The notes: a model not told the origin generated them from the letters alone. DNA of 63,941 bases, filler included, from Reticulomyxa filosa (GCA_000512085.1; 21 parts of 21 records of this genome joined end to end with filler, not necessarily neighbours in it), one strand, 5' to 3'; positions 1 through 8,187 are shown, counted from the first letter of the whole stretch. Numbers and translations are program-made.

Positions 1-119
1 TGATGGTAAGTTAATCGCTAATCTTAGAGGATTCGGTGCCTCATTCCATAAGCTAGCTGGTTGCTTTGCCTCATCTGATGGTAAGTTAATCGCTAATCTT
101 AGAGGATTCGGTGCCTCAT
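1..119. repeat. 75-bp coding tandem repeat (about 1.6 copies visible)
   Basis: tgatggtaagttaatcgctaatcttagaggattcggtgcctcat occurs at 1 and again at 76. Confidence 0.9.
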
Positions 120-480
120 GACTCTCTGATAAGCCAAACTTAGCTGAATAACTACTTATTTCTTCACTTCCATCTTTAAATTCAGAAGCTTTTGGTATGA
201 TTTCTAACACATTTTCAGCCTTCTCTACGCTGTAAGCTGAAAAATTTTGAAGTTCTCTTATTTTTATATCACACGCTTTTATAATTGCAACACTTGCCTT
301 TATCTTTGCAGCAAGGTCTTCTACCAATGCTGTAAAGGCAAGTATCTCTGGATCTGCATCAATTGCTTTTATCCTTGTAAGAAGGTCTTCTACCAATGTT
401 TTAAGTACCTCCATCTCGCCGGAAGATGCTTTATCCTTATCATTAGCGGAGCTCGTTATCTTTTTATCAGCTTTATCCAT
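1..480 (-). CDS. Hypothetical bacterial protein, 3'-truncated by the window edge, with 25-aa EAPNPL repeats
   Basis: Not in the ORF track. Manual translation from ATG at 480 is open to position 1: MDKADKKITSSANDKDKASSGEMEVLKTLVEDLLTRIKAI...HEAPNPLRLAINLPSDEAKQPASLWNEAPNPLRLAINLPS. Purine-rich sequence precedes the ATG. Confidence 0.7.
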   Translation of the reverse strand, partial: MDKADKKITSSANDKDKASSGEMEVLKTLVEDLLTRIKAIDADPEILAFTALVEDLAAKIKASVAIIKACDIKIRELQNFSAYSVEKAENVLEIIPKASEFKDGSEEISSYSAKFGLSESHEAPNPLRLAINLPSDEAKQPASLWNEAPNPLRLAINLPS

Positions 481-690
481 TTCTTTCTCTAATAATTTCT
501 GGTTTTTAAAGATGATCTGCACAAATAGCCTTTTTATTTGTACAAATCAAGTCCACATGCGTATAGAAATACGCTGCTTCATGTACTTAACGTGTAGACT
601 ATGTTATCCACATCTAACTCCAATGTACACACTTTTTTAAAATTATAAATCATTTTCTATACTATTAATCATAGATATACCTAATGAGCA

Positions 691-1630
691 TCATAAGTCT
701 TGATGTACTTGTTCGTGGACTGTATATGAACCAACTAAGGATTCAACATCCGTTTTCTCTATCGCAATTACAACGTTGTCAGTAACTTCTGCTGTTTCCA
801 CCATTTCTTCAGCCTCTTTTAATATAATTAAATTGGCTTCCGTCATAGCAATTTCCTTTCTTATTGCTAATGTTCCAGCAGCTTGAAATATTTTTTCTGC
901 TGTTTTCACCATTTCTTCAGCCTCTTTTAATTCGCTCTCTGCTACTGCTACTTTTTTATCAGCCTCTTTGAACTCTGTTTCTTTGGCTTCCTTCACTTTT
1001 GTAGCTTCTTTCGTAGCTTCCTCGGTTGCTTTTGCCACTTTATCAGCCTCTTTGAATGCTGTTTCTTTGGCTTCTTTCATTCTTGCAGCCTCTTTTGCAA
1101 CTTCCTCGGTTGCTTTTGCCACTTTTATCAGCCTCTTTGAACTCTGTTTCTTTGGCTTCCTTCACTTTTGCAGCTTCTTTCGCAGCGACTTCTGTTGCTT
1201 CTGATAATTTTGCAGCCTCTTTGAATGCTGTTTCTTTGGCTTCTTTCACTTTTGCAGCTTCTTTCGCAATTTCTTCTGTTGTTTTTGCTATTGTTTCAGC
1301 TTCTTTTAATGCTACCGCTGTTTCATTCGCCAATTCTTTAGCTTCTTTAAACGCTACCACTGTTGTCTTCACAATAGCTTCAAACTTTTTCGCTACTATT
1401 TCTTTAGATTCTTTTATTCCCTTGGCTTCTTTAAGGGCTTTTTCTTTTATTTCTTTTATTTCTTTAGCATCTTTGAAAGCTTTTTCTTTTATTTCTTTTA
1501 TTTCTTTAGCATCTTTGAAAGCTTTTTCTTTAGCTTTTATGTCTGCATTAGCTTCTTCTAGTGATTGATCTATAGTTTTTAATCCATCACCTGTATTCGT
1601 ACTCTTTTCTTCAACACCAACGTTTGCCAT
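691..1630 (-). CDS. Ala/Lys/Glu-rich coiled-coil repeat protein (one gene split by a 1-nt homopolymer frameshift near 1123-1126)
   Basis: ORFs 1043-1630 and 691-1122 join into one. It has 14-aa (KEKAFKDAKEIKEI) and 28-aa (KEAAKVKEAKETAFKEA...) tandem repeats. The copy at about 1120 reads gccacttttatcag versus gccactttatcag in the neighbouring copy. AGGA SD precedes the ATG. Confidence 0.75.
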
Positions 1631-1647
1631 AATTCCTACATTTTTAA

Positions 1648-1695
1648 TTTACTTAGTTTTTGCTATCTTGTACTCAACTGACTAAGTAAAGTCAA
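1648..1695 (-). promoter_or_regulatory. Putative sigma70 promoter with overlapping inverted-repeat operator
   Basis: Minus strand TTGACT (1695-1690)-N17-TACAAG (1672-1667). A 10-bp inverted repeat tttacttagt (1648-1657)/actaagtaaa (1681-1690) overlaps it. Confidence 0.4.
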
Positions 1696-1726
1696 GTGCC
1701 TATTTTTTAGAAATATTGCGTTTAAT

Positions 1727-2615
1727 TTATAGTTTTAGTTGTCTCTTTATAAGGTTAGAAGAAGGTTTTATAACAAGATTATGCTCTTTTTCATCAATAT
1801 TGACATTAAGAGCTGGCCAAATTGCTTTAATTTTTCTTAATTGTATTTTAAAAGATCTTTTAAATTCATATCTGCCTCTGTAGTCATTCTTATAACCTGT
1901 GCCAAACTGATGCATTAGACTTTTCAATGGTATATACACTTCTTCAATCATATAACTAATCCTGTATGTAAGCCAAAAATATATATCGAGCGCAAAAGAG
2001 CTGTACCTTAGTAACTTAATAATCCTCCAATCAACAGGGACAGGGTAGTTTAATAAATCTTCATAAAATTTTCACTTAATTTAACTACTGAATTAAAAAA
2101 ACTTGTTTGCTTAAGATTTAATGGATCCCACCAGATAGCAGATGAGTCTGCTATCTGCATATTTTTTCTAATAAATTCTCCTCTTACTTCATCAAAGTAC
2201 GTGCAGGATATTGTTGAAGAGAGCAGTTTTTTCATCTGGTCTTTAACTCTTGGGATTGTACCCCAACGTCCTCCTGTTGGGATAATATCCATCGTTTTCA
2301 TAAGTTCATAAAAACTGTTTCCTAACCAGATCTCTCTGCTTTTTTTAGTTATAACTTCAGTTGCAAGCCAGCAAAGTATTATTCGTGGTATACCCCAAAT
2401 GGAAGGCCAATACCTTTTTTACTTATTATTGAGAGTTGGAATATTCCATTAATCCTAGTGAATTCTGTCTCTTTTATTTTACTATGTGGTAATGTAGCTT
2501 GGATTAGATTTCTGCCAACGAATCCTAGAGAATTTGCTTTGATAGTATCGTTATACTCATACTCAGAAGCTTTATCTGCAATCTTTATTAAATTAAGCTC
2601 TTTACTTGAGGTCAT
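1727..2615 (-). CDS. repA: Plasmid replication initiator, RepA_C (PF04796-like) family; two apparent 1-nt homopolymer frameshifts (about 2395 and 2065)
   Basis: The three ORF pieces plus manually bridged frames give LGFVGRNLIQATLPHS..FTRING..GLPFG/IPRIILCWLATEV..PTGGRWGTIPRVKDQM..SENF/YEDLLNYPVPVDW..SSFALDIYFWLTYR..QFG.GY, the diagnostic motif series of this family. Confidence 0.85.
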
Positions 2616-2781
2616 TTGGTGGTATGTGGATTCAATTCACTTTCCTTTCTAAAAGTGAAAATAAAAGCTTTTATCTTTATTGCAAGCTGAATTGGTTAAT
2701 AACTTTGCTTTTTTAAAAGTTATTAACAATGAAGCGAAGCTATATAGGTAGGTATAGGATAATATAGGTATATATAGAGGG

Positions 2782-2818
2782 TGCTCTACAAGCACGAAGA
2801 TTGCGTGCTTGTAGAGCA
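2782..2818. promoter_or_regulatory. Perfect 15-bp inverted repeat (hairpin) upstream of repA
   Basis: tgctctacaagcacg-aagattg-cgtgcttgtagagca. Confidence 0.8.
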
Positions 2819-2853
2819 GTACCATCGAGTAATTATGCGTAAAATATCGGGTA

Positions 2854-2932
2854 CTTCCAAGCTGTCTGTGCGGCAGTGAACTGAAGAACAAATGAAACAT
2901 AACGTCTTACTTCAAAGCTGCCTGTGCGGCAG
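2854..2932 (-). CRISPR. Orphan type I-F CRISPR mini-array/remnant (one full and one 5'-truncated repeat, 28-nt spacer; possible third diverged repeat at about 2800-2824)
   Basis: The minus strand reads CTGCCGCACAGGCAGCTTTGAAG (2932-2910), spacer TAAGACGTTATGTTTCATTTGTTCTTCA, then GTTCACTGCCGCACAGACAGCTTGGAAG (2881-2854, 28 nt). This matches the I-F/Csy4 consensus GTTCACTGCCGyryAGGCAGCTwAGAAA. No cas genes are in the visible contig. Confidence 0.85.
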
Positions 2933-3566
2933 GTTTAGTGAGTTTGCGAATATTTTATTTTTAAAATTACTCAGTGAAGGTAATGAGAAATCTTGGTGGA
3001 GTGATATAAAGTCGCAATCGAATGATTATATTATAAGTTATATAAATAGCTATGTTATAGGTCAGATACAGAATAAATATGGAGGGGATGTTTTTACGCC
3101 AGTTTTGATAAAGTCACCGCAAACGCTCAGGCATATAATAGATGAGATAGATCCATTGGTTTTATCAAGTATAGACAGCGATATTAAAGGAGATGCATTT
3201 GAATACTTTTTAGAAAAGACGACCTCGACAGAGAACGATTTAGGAGAATATTTTACTCCGCGCAATGTAGTAAAGACAATAATTAATTTAGTTGATCCAA
3301 AATTCAAAGAGACTGTATATGACCCATTTTGTGGAACAGGAGGATTTTTAACCGAAAGCTTTAATTATATTAAGGAGAACAATATAATTGAAGGAGAAGA
3401 AGACTTAAAAAGATTAAAGCAAGAGACAATATACGGAAGAGAGGTAACAGCGACAGCCCGAATAGCGAAGATGAATATGATTTTGCATGGAGATGGTCAT
3501 GCTGGGATACAACAAATTAACACATTGAGCAATCCTGACTATATAGAGAAGAAAGGAGGCAAATGG
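2931..3566 (+). pseudogene. hsdM: Type I restriction-modification N6-adenine methyltransferase (HsdM) internal fragment
   Basis: RFSEFANILFLK, GDAFEYFL, LGEYFTPR, motif I VYDPFCGTGGFL and ARIAKMNMILHGDG are present. The native N-terminus and catalytic NPPF motif are missing. It is fused to a CRISPR repeat at the 5' side and a transposase at the 3' side. Confidence 0.88.
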
Positions 3567-4176
3567 ATATTTGTAAAATTGCAAATAAGTTATATCAATT
3601 TACTGCCATAGATGATTGTACAAGATACAAAGTTATAGCTTTATATAGTACTCGTAGTGCAGATAAGACACTAGATTTTTTAGACCAAGTTATCAAGAGA
3701 ATGCCTTTTATAATACAACGTATTCAAACTGATAGAGGGCAGGAGTTTTTTGCTTATAACGTGCAAGAAAAATTAAAAGAATATAAAATTAAATTTAGAC
3801 CTATAAAACCAGCTTCTCCACACTTGAATGGTAAGGTAGAACGTACCCAAAGAACTAATTTAGACGAGTTGTAAGTAGTATCGATATTAAGTACTCTCAT
3901 TTAATGGACAAGCTTCATACTTGGGAAAAATATTATAATAAAGGACGACCCCATAGTGCTTTGCAAGGGAAAACTCCTTGGGAAAAGTACAAAGAACTAG
4001 AACCTCAGATTCCTACTATAGAAGAAGTGCATCTTAACTATGAGGTATCACAAGAAAATTTTGTACCACAAAGCTATAATGTTCACAAAAATATACAGGA
4101 TATAAAAAGGGGCAAATCATATAACTAATCACGAGTTGCTCTGACATGTCAATTGAAATGATCTTTGTAAATCACA
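3560..4176 (+). mobile_element. IS481-family insertion sequence, 5'-truncated, transposase frameshifted near 3873
   Basis: rve core QMDICKI..YQFTAIDDCTR..IQTDRGQEF..PHLNGKVERTQRT then YYNKGRPHSALQGKTP. The HTH region is absent. A plausible right end ...tgtaaatcACA lies at 4176 (IS481 ends are TGT...ACA). Confidence 0.85.
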
Positions 4177-4247
4177 TCAATCAGGACGTAACACTTAGAT
4201 ACTGTACCATCCTTCATCCTATATCTTGACACTACCTAGGACAGCCT

Positions 4248-4943
4248 CTATTCTTCTATCCACGGGATAGTCTCTATGCTTTTATTCACTGCTATTTCTA
4301 AAATTTTCTTTGTTCTGTTAAGAAACTCTTCATATCGTTCTTCTAGAGGACTTTTATCTGTAGACGAAAGAGTATAACCGCTATCCGGCAAGAGTTGTAT
4401 CACATATTTGTGATAAAAAAAGCATGCTGTTAAAGCTCTATCAAAAGAAGGAGTATTAGGTTGATTTACACCCATCCTGTTTTTGAGCTCTTCATCAGTT
4501 GTAGAATGAGCTAATACACAATCACGAAAAGGTTTGAGCTCTTTAGTTATATACTTGTTCCACTCTTCTTTCGTGCATTTTAGTTTATCTAAAAGTGCCT
4601 TTTCAAATTTATCATGTTTGTTCTCGCTAATATGTTTTCTCCAATGTACTACTTCGAGTTTTTTAGGATTAGAATTACAATAAAACATTTGCACAAAGTT
4701 TAAAATAATTGACGCGTATAGAGCATTTTGGATACGAATCCATACATCACGGAACTCCAACATTTCTTCTCTATCACGGGGTATTTTGCATATATCAGTT
4801 GCTTCGATGTTGAATATATTAGTTGTTTTGAATATATCAGTTAATGTTCTGCAAATTGCTATGTTTTTTACCACAAGGAAAATTTTCTCTACTACTTGCA
4901 CTAGTTGTTTTTGCCGTAGTTGTTCAATATTGTTATCAGGCAT
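4248..4943 (-). CDS. HEPN-domain (AbiU2-like) putative RNase/toxin
   Basis: Rx5H motif RDCVLAH (4526-4506), preceded by W..IQNALYASIILNFVQMF and followed by P.FDRAL..FFY. The ATG at 4943 overlaps the upstream stop (ATGCCTGA). Confidence 0.55.
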   Translation of the reverse strand: MPDNNIEQLRQKQLVQVVEKIFLVVKNIAICRTLTDIFKTTNIFNIEATDICKIPRDREEMLEFRDVWIRIQNALYASIILNFVQMFYCNSNPKKLEVVHWRKHISENKHDKFEKALLDKLKCTKEEWNKYITKELKPFRDCVLAHSTTDEELKNRMGVNQPNTPSFDRALTACFFYHKYVIQLLPDSGYTLSSTDKSPLEERYEEFLNRTKKILEIAVNKSIETIPWIEE

Positions 4944-6708
4944 GATTATTTGATGATTTGGTTTTAGGATATAATATAAATTTATAATATACTTCTTCAA
5001 GTATATTCAGCTCATTCTCATCTATATCTTGAAATATTTTTATTTTCGCCCGTTGTGAGAATTTTCCCTGATTTTGTTCAAGGAAGCGAATTAATAATGA
5101 TATTTTAGGTTTTATATCTAAATTATTTAATTGTACAGGCTCATCTGTTGGTAAGCTTATTGGTAATCCTAGAGGGTTTGGTGCCTCACTCCATACACTA
5201 GTTGGCTGTACAGGCTCATCCGAAGGCAAGCTTATTGGTAATCCTAGAGGGTTTGGTGCCTCATTCCATACACTAGTTGGCTGTACCGGCTCATCTGAAG
5301 GCAAGCTGGTAGGTAATTTTGAAGTTTCTTTCTGTTTTTTTTGTATAATGCATTTGTTTTCTGTTGCATTATTCCCTGCATCAAAATTTACATCGTCACA
5401 ACTTATAGTCCATCCTTTTATCTGTTTCTTTAGATCTTTTTTTAATTCCTTAGAGTTATCAGGTATGTACACTTTATTAATTGTGAAAGTATGCCCAATT
5501 TCATCTACTATTACATCTTCTGATCCAGTCTTGATTTTAGTATATTTAATCTCGTATTCAACATCATTATATTTTCCAACGGCTATTACTATAGATTTTC
5601 TAACTTCTAAATTGCGGAGCCTTGCAACTAAAGCCCCTTCTAACTCTCTCTTCCCAACACATACGCCTCTGCCAATTAATAAATTGAAATCCATATTCTT
5701 GCAATCGAATGTCGTACGCCTGCCACCTATAACAATCTCTCCTGATTTTCTTACGACATGCAAGTTTTCTATGTGCCTTTTCAAATCTTCTGCAGTGCTG
5801 AATGCTAGAAGCCTATTCACTATAATAAGATGCTTATTTTCATTTTGATATATGTTGGCACTATTTTTTCCATTTAACTCACTAAGCTCTGGCGGTAAAC
5901 CAACAAGCTTAGCATAATATACGCTATATTGTAGAGATGAAATTTTCACTTCTGCCATATAAATAGTATTTGGATTTTTTAATAAGTCCTTGATAGATTT
6001 TACACTAAATGGCTTTAATTCTTGAAATCTTTCAAATAATGATTTGTGATAATTTGATAGCTGAACACTTGCCTTGAGATAATTATCATATTGATCCTTA
6101 ACGGGTTGGCCATCAATAAAACATGATGTATAGGCTTGATTAATGAGTTTTAGCTCATTAGCATTAAACTCTCGATTTATTGACGGTGCGAGATCTGGAT
6201 GATAAAATTTAGCGAATGCTTGATACACTGCTTTTATTTCTTTTATTGTAGCACTTGGCTTAACTCGCATATAATCATAACATGTTTGGCTCTTCTGTAA
6301 CAAGCCGTAAAACCTCTCTCGAAAAGAGATCGCATCAGCTTCAGCTGATGCGGGAAGATGAATTGGAGCACATTCTCCTATATAAGGCTCATCAAAGTCC
6401 AAATTGTCGCAATTAATGAATGACTTGCTTGATGAGTCTATGTATGGCTGATTATTTTTCGAAAAGGATATGCCGATCCCAGATAAAATGCTTTTTATTG
6501 CTTCGCTATTACTAGGTAAATTTACCTTATCTACAAATACGGATATTGTGTTGCCGTTGTAATCTATATGATTCTTAGAAGTGAAAGAAAATTTTGTTCT
6601 TAAATATATTGTATATAAAACATCATTAATTTCTATCTCGGCTATCAATGCATACCCGTAAACATGCATCTTTAAGTTTTTTATTTTCTCTAAAATTGAT
6701 GAAAGCAT
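4936..6708 (-). CDS. 590-aa multidomain protein: internal J-domain, three copies of an unknown domain, Pro-rich 25-aa repeats, Fic-family-like C-terminal tail
   Basis: J-domain YDYMRVKPSATIKEIKAVYQAFAKFYHPD (HPD at 6201-6193). Repeats LPSDEPVQPTSVWNEAPNPLGLPIS. Tail LLIRFLEQNQGKFSQRAK. Confidence 0.75.
   Translation of the reverse strand: MLSSILEKIKNLKMHVYGYALIAEIEINDVLYTIYLRTKFSFTSKNHIDYNGNTISVFVDKVNLPSNSEAIKSILSGIGISFSKNNQPYIDSSSKSFINCDNLDFDEPYIGECAPIHLPASAEADAISFRERFYGLLQKSQTCYDYMRVKPSATIKEIKAVYQAFAKFYHPDLAPSINREFNANELKLINQAYTSCFIDGQPVKDQYDNYLKASVQLSNYHKSLFERFQELKPFSVKSIKDLLKNPNTIYMAEVKISSLQYSVYYAKLVGLPPELSELNGKNSANIYQNENKHLIIVNRLLAFSTAEDLKRHIENLHVVRKSGEIVIGGRRTTFDCKNMDFNLLIGRGVCVGKRELEGALVARLRNLEVRKSIVIAVGKYNDVEYEIKYTKIKTGSEDVIVDEIGHTFTINKVYIPDNSKELKKDLKKQIKGWTISCDDVNFDAGNNATENKCIIQKKQKETSKLPTSLPSDEPVQPTSVWNEAPNPLGLPISLPSDEPVQPTSVWSEAPNPLGLPISLPTDEPVQLNNLDIKPKISLLIRFLEQNQGKFSQRAKIKIFQDIDENELNILEEVYYKFILYPKTKSSNNHA
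5132..5307. repeat. 75-bp coding tandem repeat, about 2.3 copies
   Basis: aagcttattggtaatcctagagggtttggtgcctca..ccatacactagttggctgtac repeats with a 75-nt period. Confidence 0.9.
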
Positions 6709-6842
6709 CTTTTGTATAACTGATTTAGCTAGTTGCGTATTTTTTATAAGTTTTGCAAGTTCTTAAAATAAGTTGCCATATCACTTGTTTGCAGTTACAT
6801 CTGCAAACCAGACCTCTTTTCTTTTCAGTCTACAATCATTAT

Positions 6843-7087
6843 CTATCGGAGTCCAGCATTCGGAAATTTATCAGTATATAAGTTGTCGTCAATACTTTCA
6901 AAAGTAAATTCGATCGCACTACTAAAGCTGGTATGATCATATTGAGGTTTTGCATATCCCATTGGGGCATATCCAACAACTATATCAAATGCTTTTTTAG
7001 TTGGAACTGTTTTAAAATAGTCTTTATATAAGCTGTCATAATAACCTCCAGCACCAAAACCCATGATCTCCAATTTACTTTATTACT
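6843..7087 (-). CDS. Hypothetical protein fragment at the contig end
   Basis: 76-aa open frame running to the contig edge, with no recognisable motif. Confidence 0.35.
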
Positions 7088-7187
7088 NNNNNNNNNNNNN
7101 NNNNNNNNNNNNNNNNNNNNNNNNNNNNNNNTTAATTAATTAANNNNNNNNNNNNNNNNNNNNNNNNNNNNNNNNNNNNNNNNNNNN
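7088..7187. other. Artificial contig linker (44N-TTAATTAATTAA-44N); first of 20
   Basis: Identical stop-in-all-frames spacers start at 7088, 8188, 11155, 12255, 15140, 17117, 19189, 23513, 29397, 39194, 41738, 43544, 46448, 47564, 48900, 50221, 51563, 56259, 58894 and 60358. Confidence 0.98.
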
Positions 7188-7260
7188 TAATTTGAATAAG
7201 TTTTTGCGTCATTCCAAAAAAAAAAAAAAAATAAAAAAAAATTAAAAAAATAAAAAAATA

Positions 7261-8187
7261 GCCGAGGCAACCAAGCAATGTCTCTCTTACTTGGGTGCCG
7301 TCGCAGGATCAGTCGCAGGTGTAGAGAAGAAAGTGTTCGACGCGAATCCGATATTGGAAGGATTCGGAAATGCAAAAACTCTCCGAAACAATAACTCGTC
7401 TAGGTTTGGGAAATACGTGGAAATATTCATGAACGATGAGTTGCAATTGATGGGTGGCAAAACAACCAATTACTTGCTGGAAAAGGTTCGTGTTGCAAGA
7501 CAAGCCGAGGGTGAAAGAAACTATCACATCTTTTACATGCTAACCAAAGGATGCGATCGCAATCTGCGACAATCGTTGGAATTGGGCCAACCTGAGCAAT
7601 ACTATTACTGCAACAGTGGCAATTGCACAACCGTGCCTGGCATCAACGACAAAGGCGACTTTGACGACGTGAGAGAAGCCTTCAAAACTTTGGAATTCAA
7701 TGAAAAGGATGTTGAATCTATATATCGCATCGTGGCGGGTATTTTGCACATTGGCAATGTTGAGTTTGAACGAGTGCAATCCAATTACGCCGATGACACT
7801 TCGAAAGTCAAAAATCGCTCTCCTTTGGCAACAGCCGCAAAACTTTGGCAGGTCGACGCAGGTGAACTCGAAAAAGGTGTCACCCATAAGGCACTCGTTA
7901 TGCCTGGCAACAAGAGTGTGGAAAAAGGATTAAATCCAGAGTTTGCGCGAGATCAAAGGGATTCTTTGTGCAAATTTGTGTATGCCAAAATCTTTGATTG
8001 GTTGGTTGTTCAAATTAACAAATCCATGGAACCCAAAAAAAAAGTGCACAAGTCCATTGGCATATTGGACATTTTTGGATTTGAAATTTTCCAAAGAAAT
8101 TCTTTGGAACAATTGTGTATCAACTTTTGCAATGAAAAATTGCAACAGTTGTTTAACTTTACCGTGTTTAAACAAGAAGAAAAGGTT
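7261..8187 (+). CDS. Myosin heavy chain motor domain (internal exon, partial)
   Basis: NPILEGFGNAKTLRNNNSSRFGKY (switch I), YLLEKVRV, ERNYHIFY, ILDIFGFE (switch II), LCINFCNEKLQQ. Confidence 0.97.

Noticed and set aside
247-492. 81-aa Cys/Tyr-rich plus-strand ORF
   Set aside because: It is the antisense shadow of the minus-strand ORF 480-<1.
968-1568. Ala/Ser/Phe-rich plus-strand ORFs
   Set aside because: Antisense shadows of the A/K/E repeat gene.
2892-2930. MKHNVLLQSCLCG as the real HsdM N-terminus
   Set aside because: It is translated CRISPR spacer and repeat sequence.
5132-5307. 75-bp repeats as a CRISPR array
   Set aside because: Contiguous in-frame tandem units with no unique spacers.
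6709-7087. Upstream ORF as a frameshifted 5' extension of the J-domain gene
   Set aside because: Possible, but more than one correction is needed and no motif guides the join; left unresolved.
7000-7300. Bacterial plasmid genes adjacent to myosin as evidence of horizontal transfer
   Set aside because: They are separated by a linker, so there is no physical linkage.
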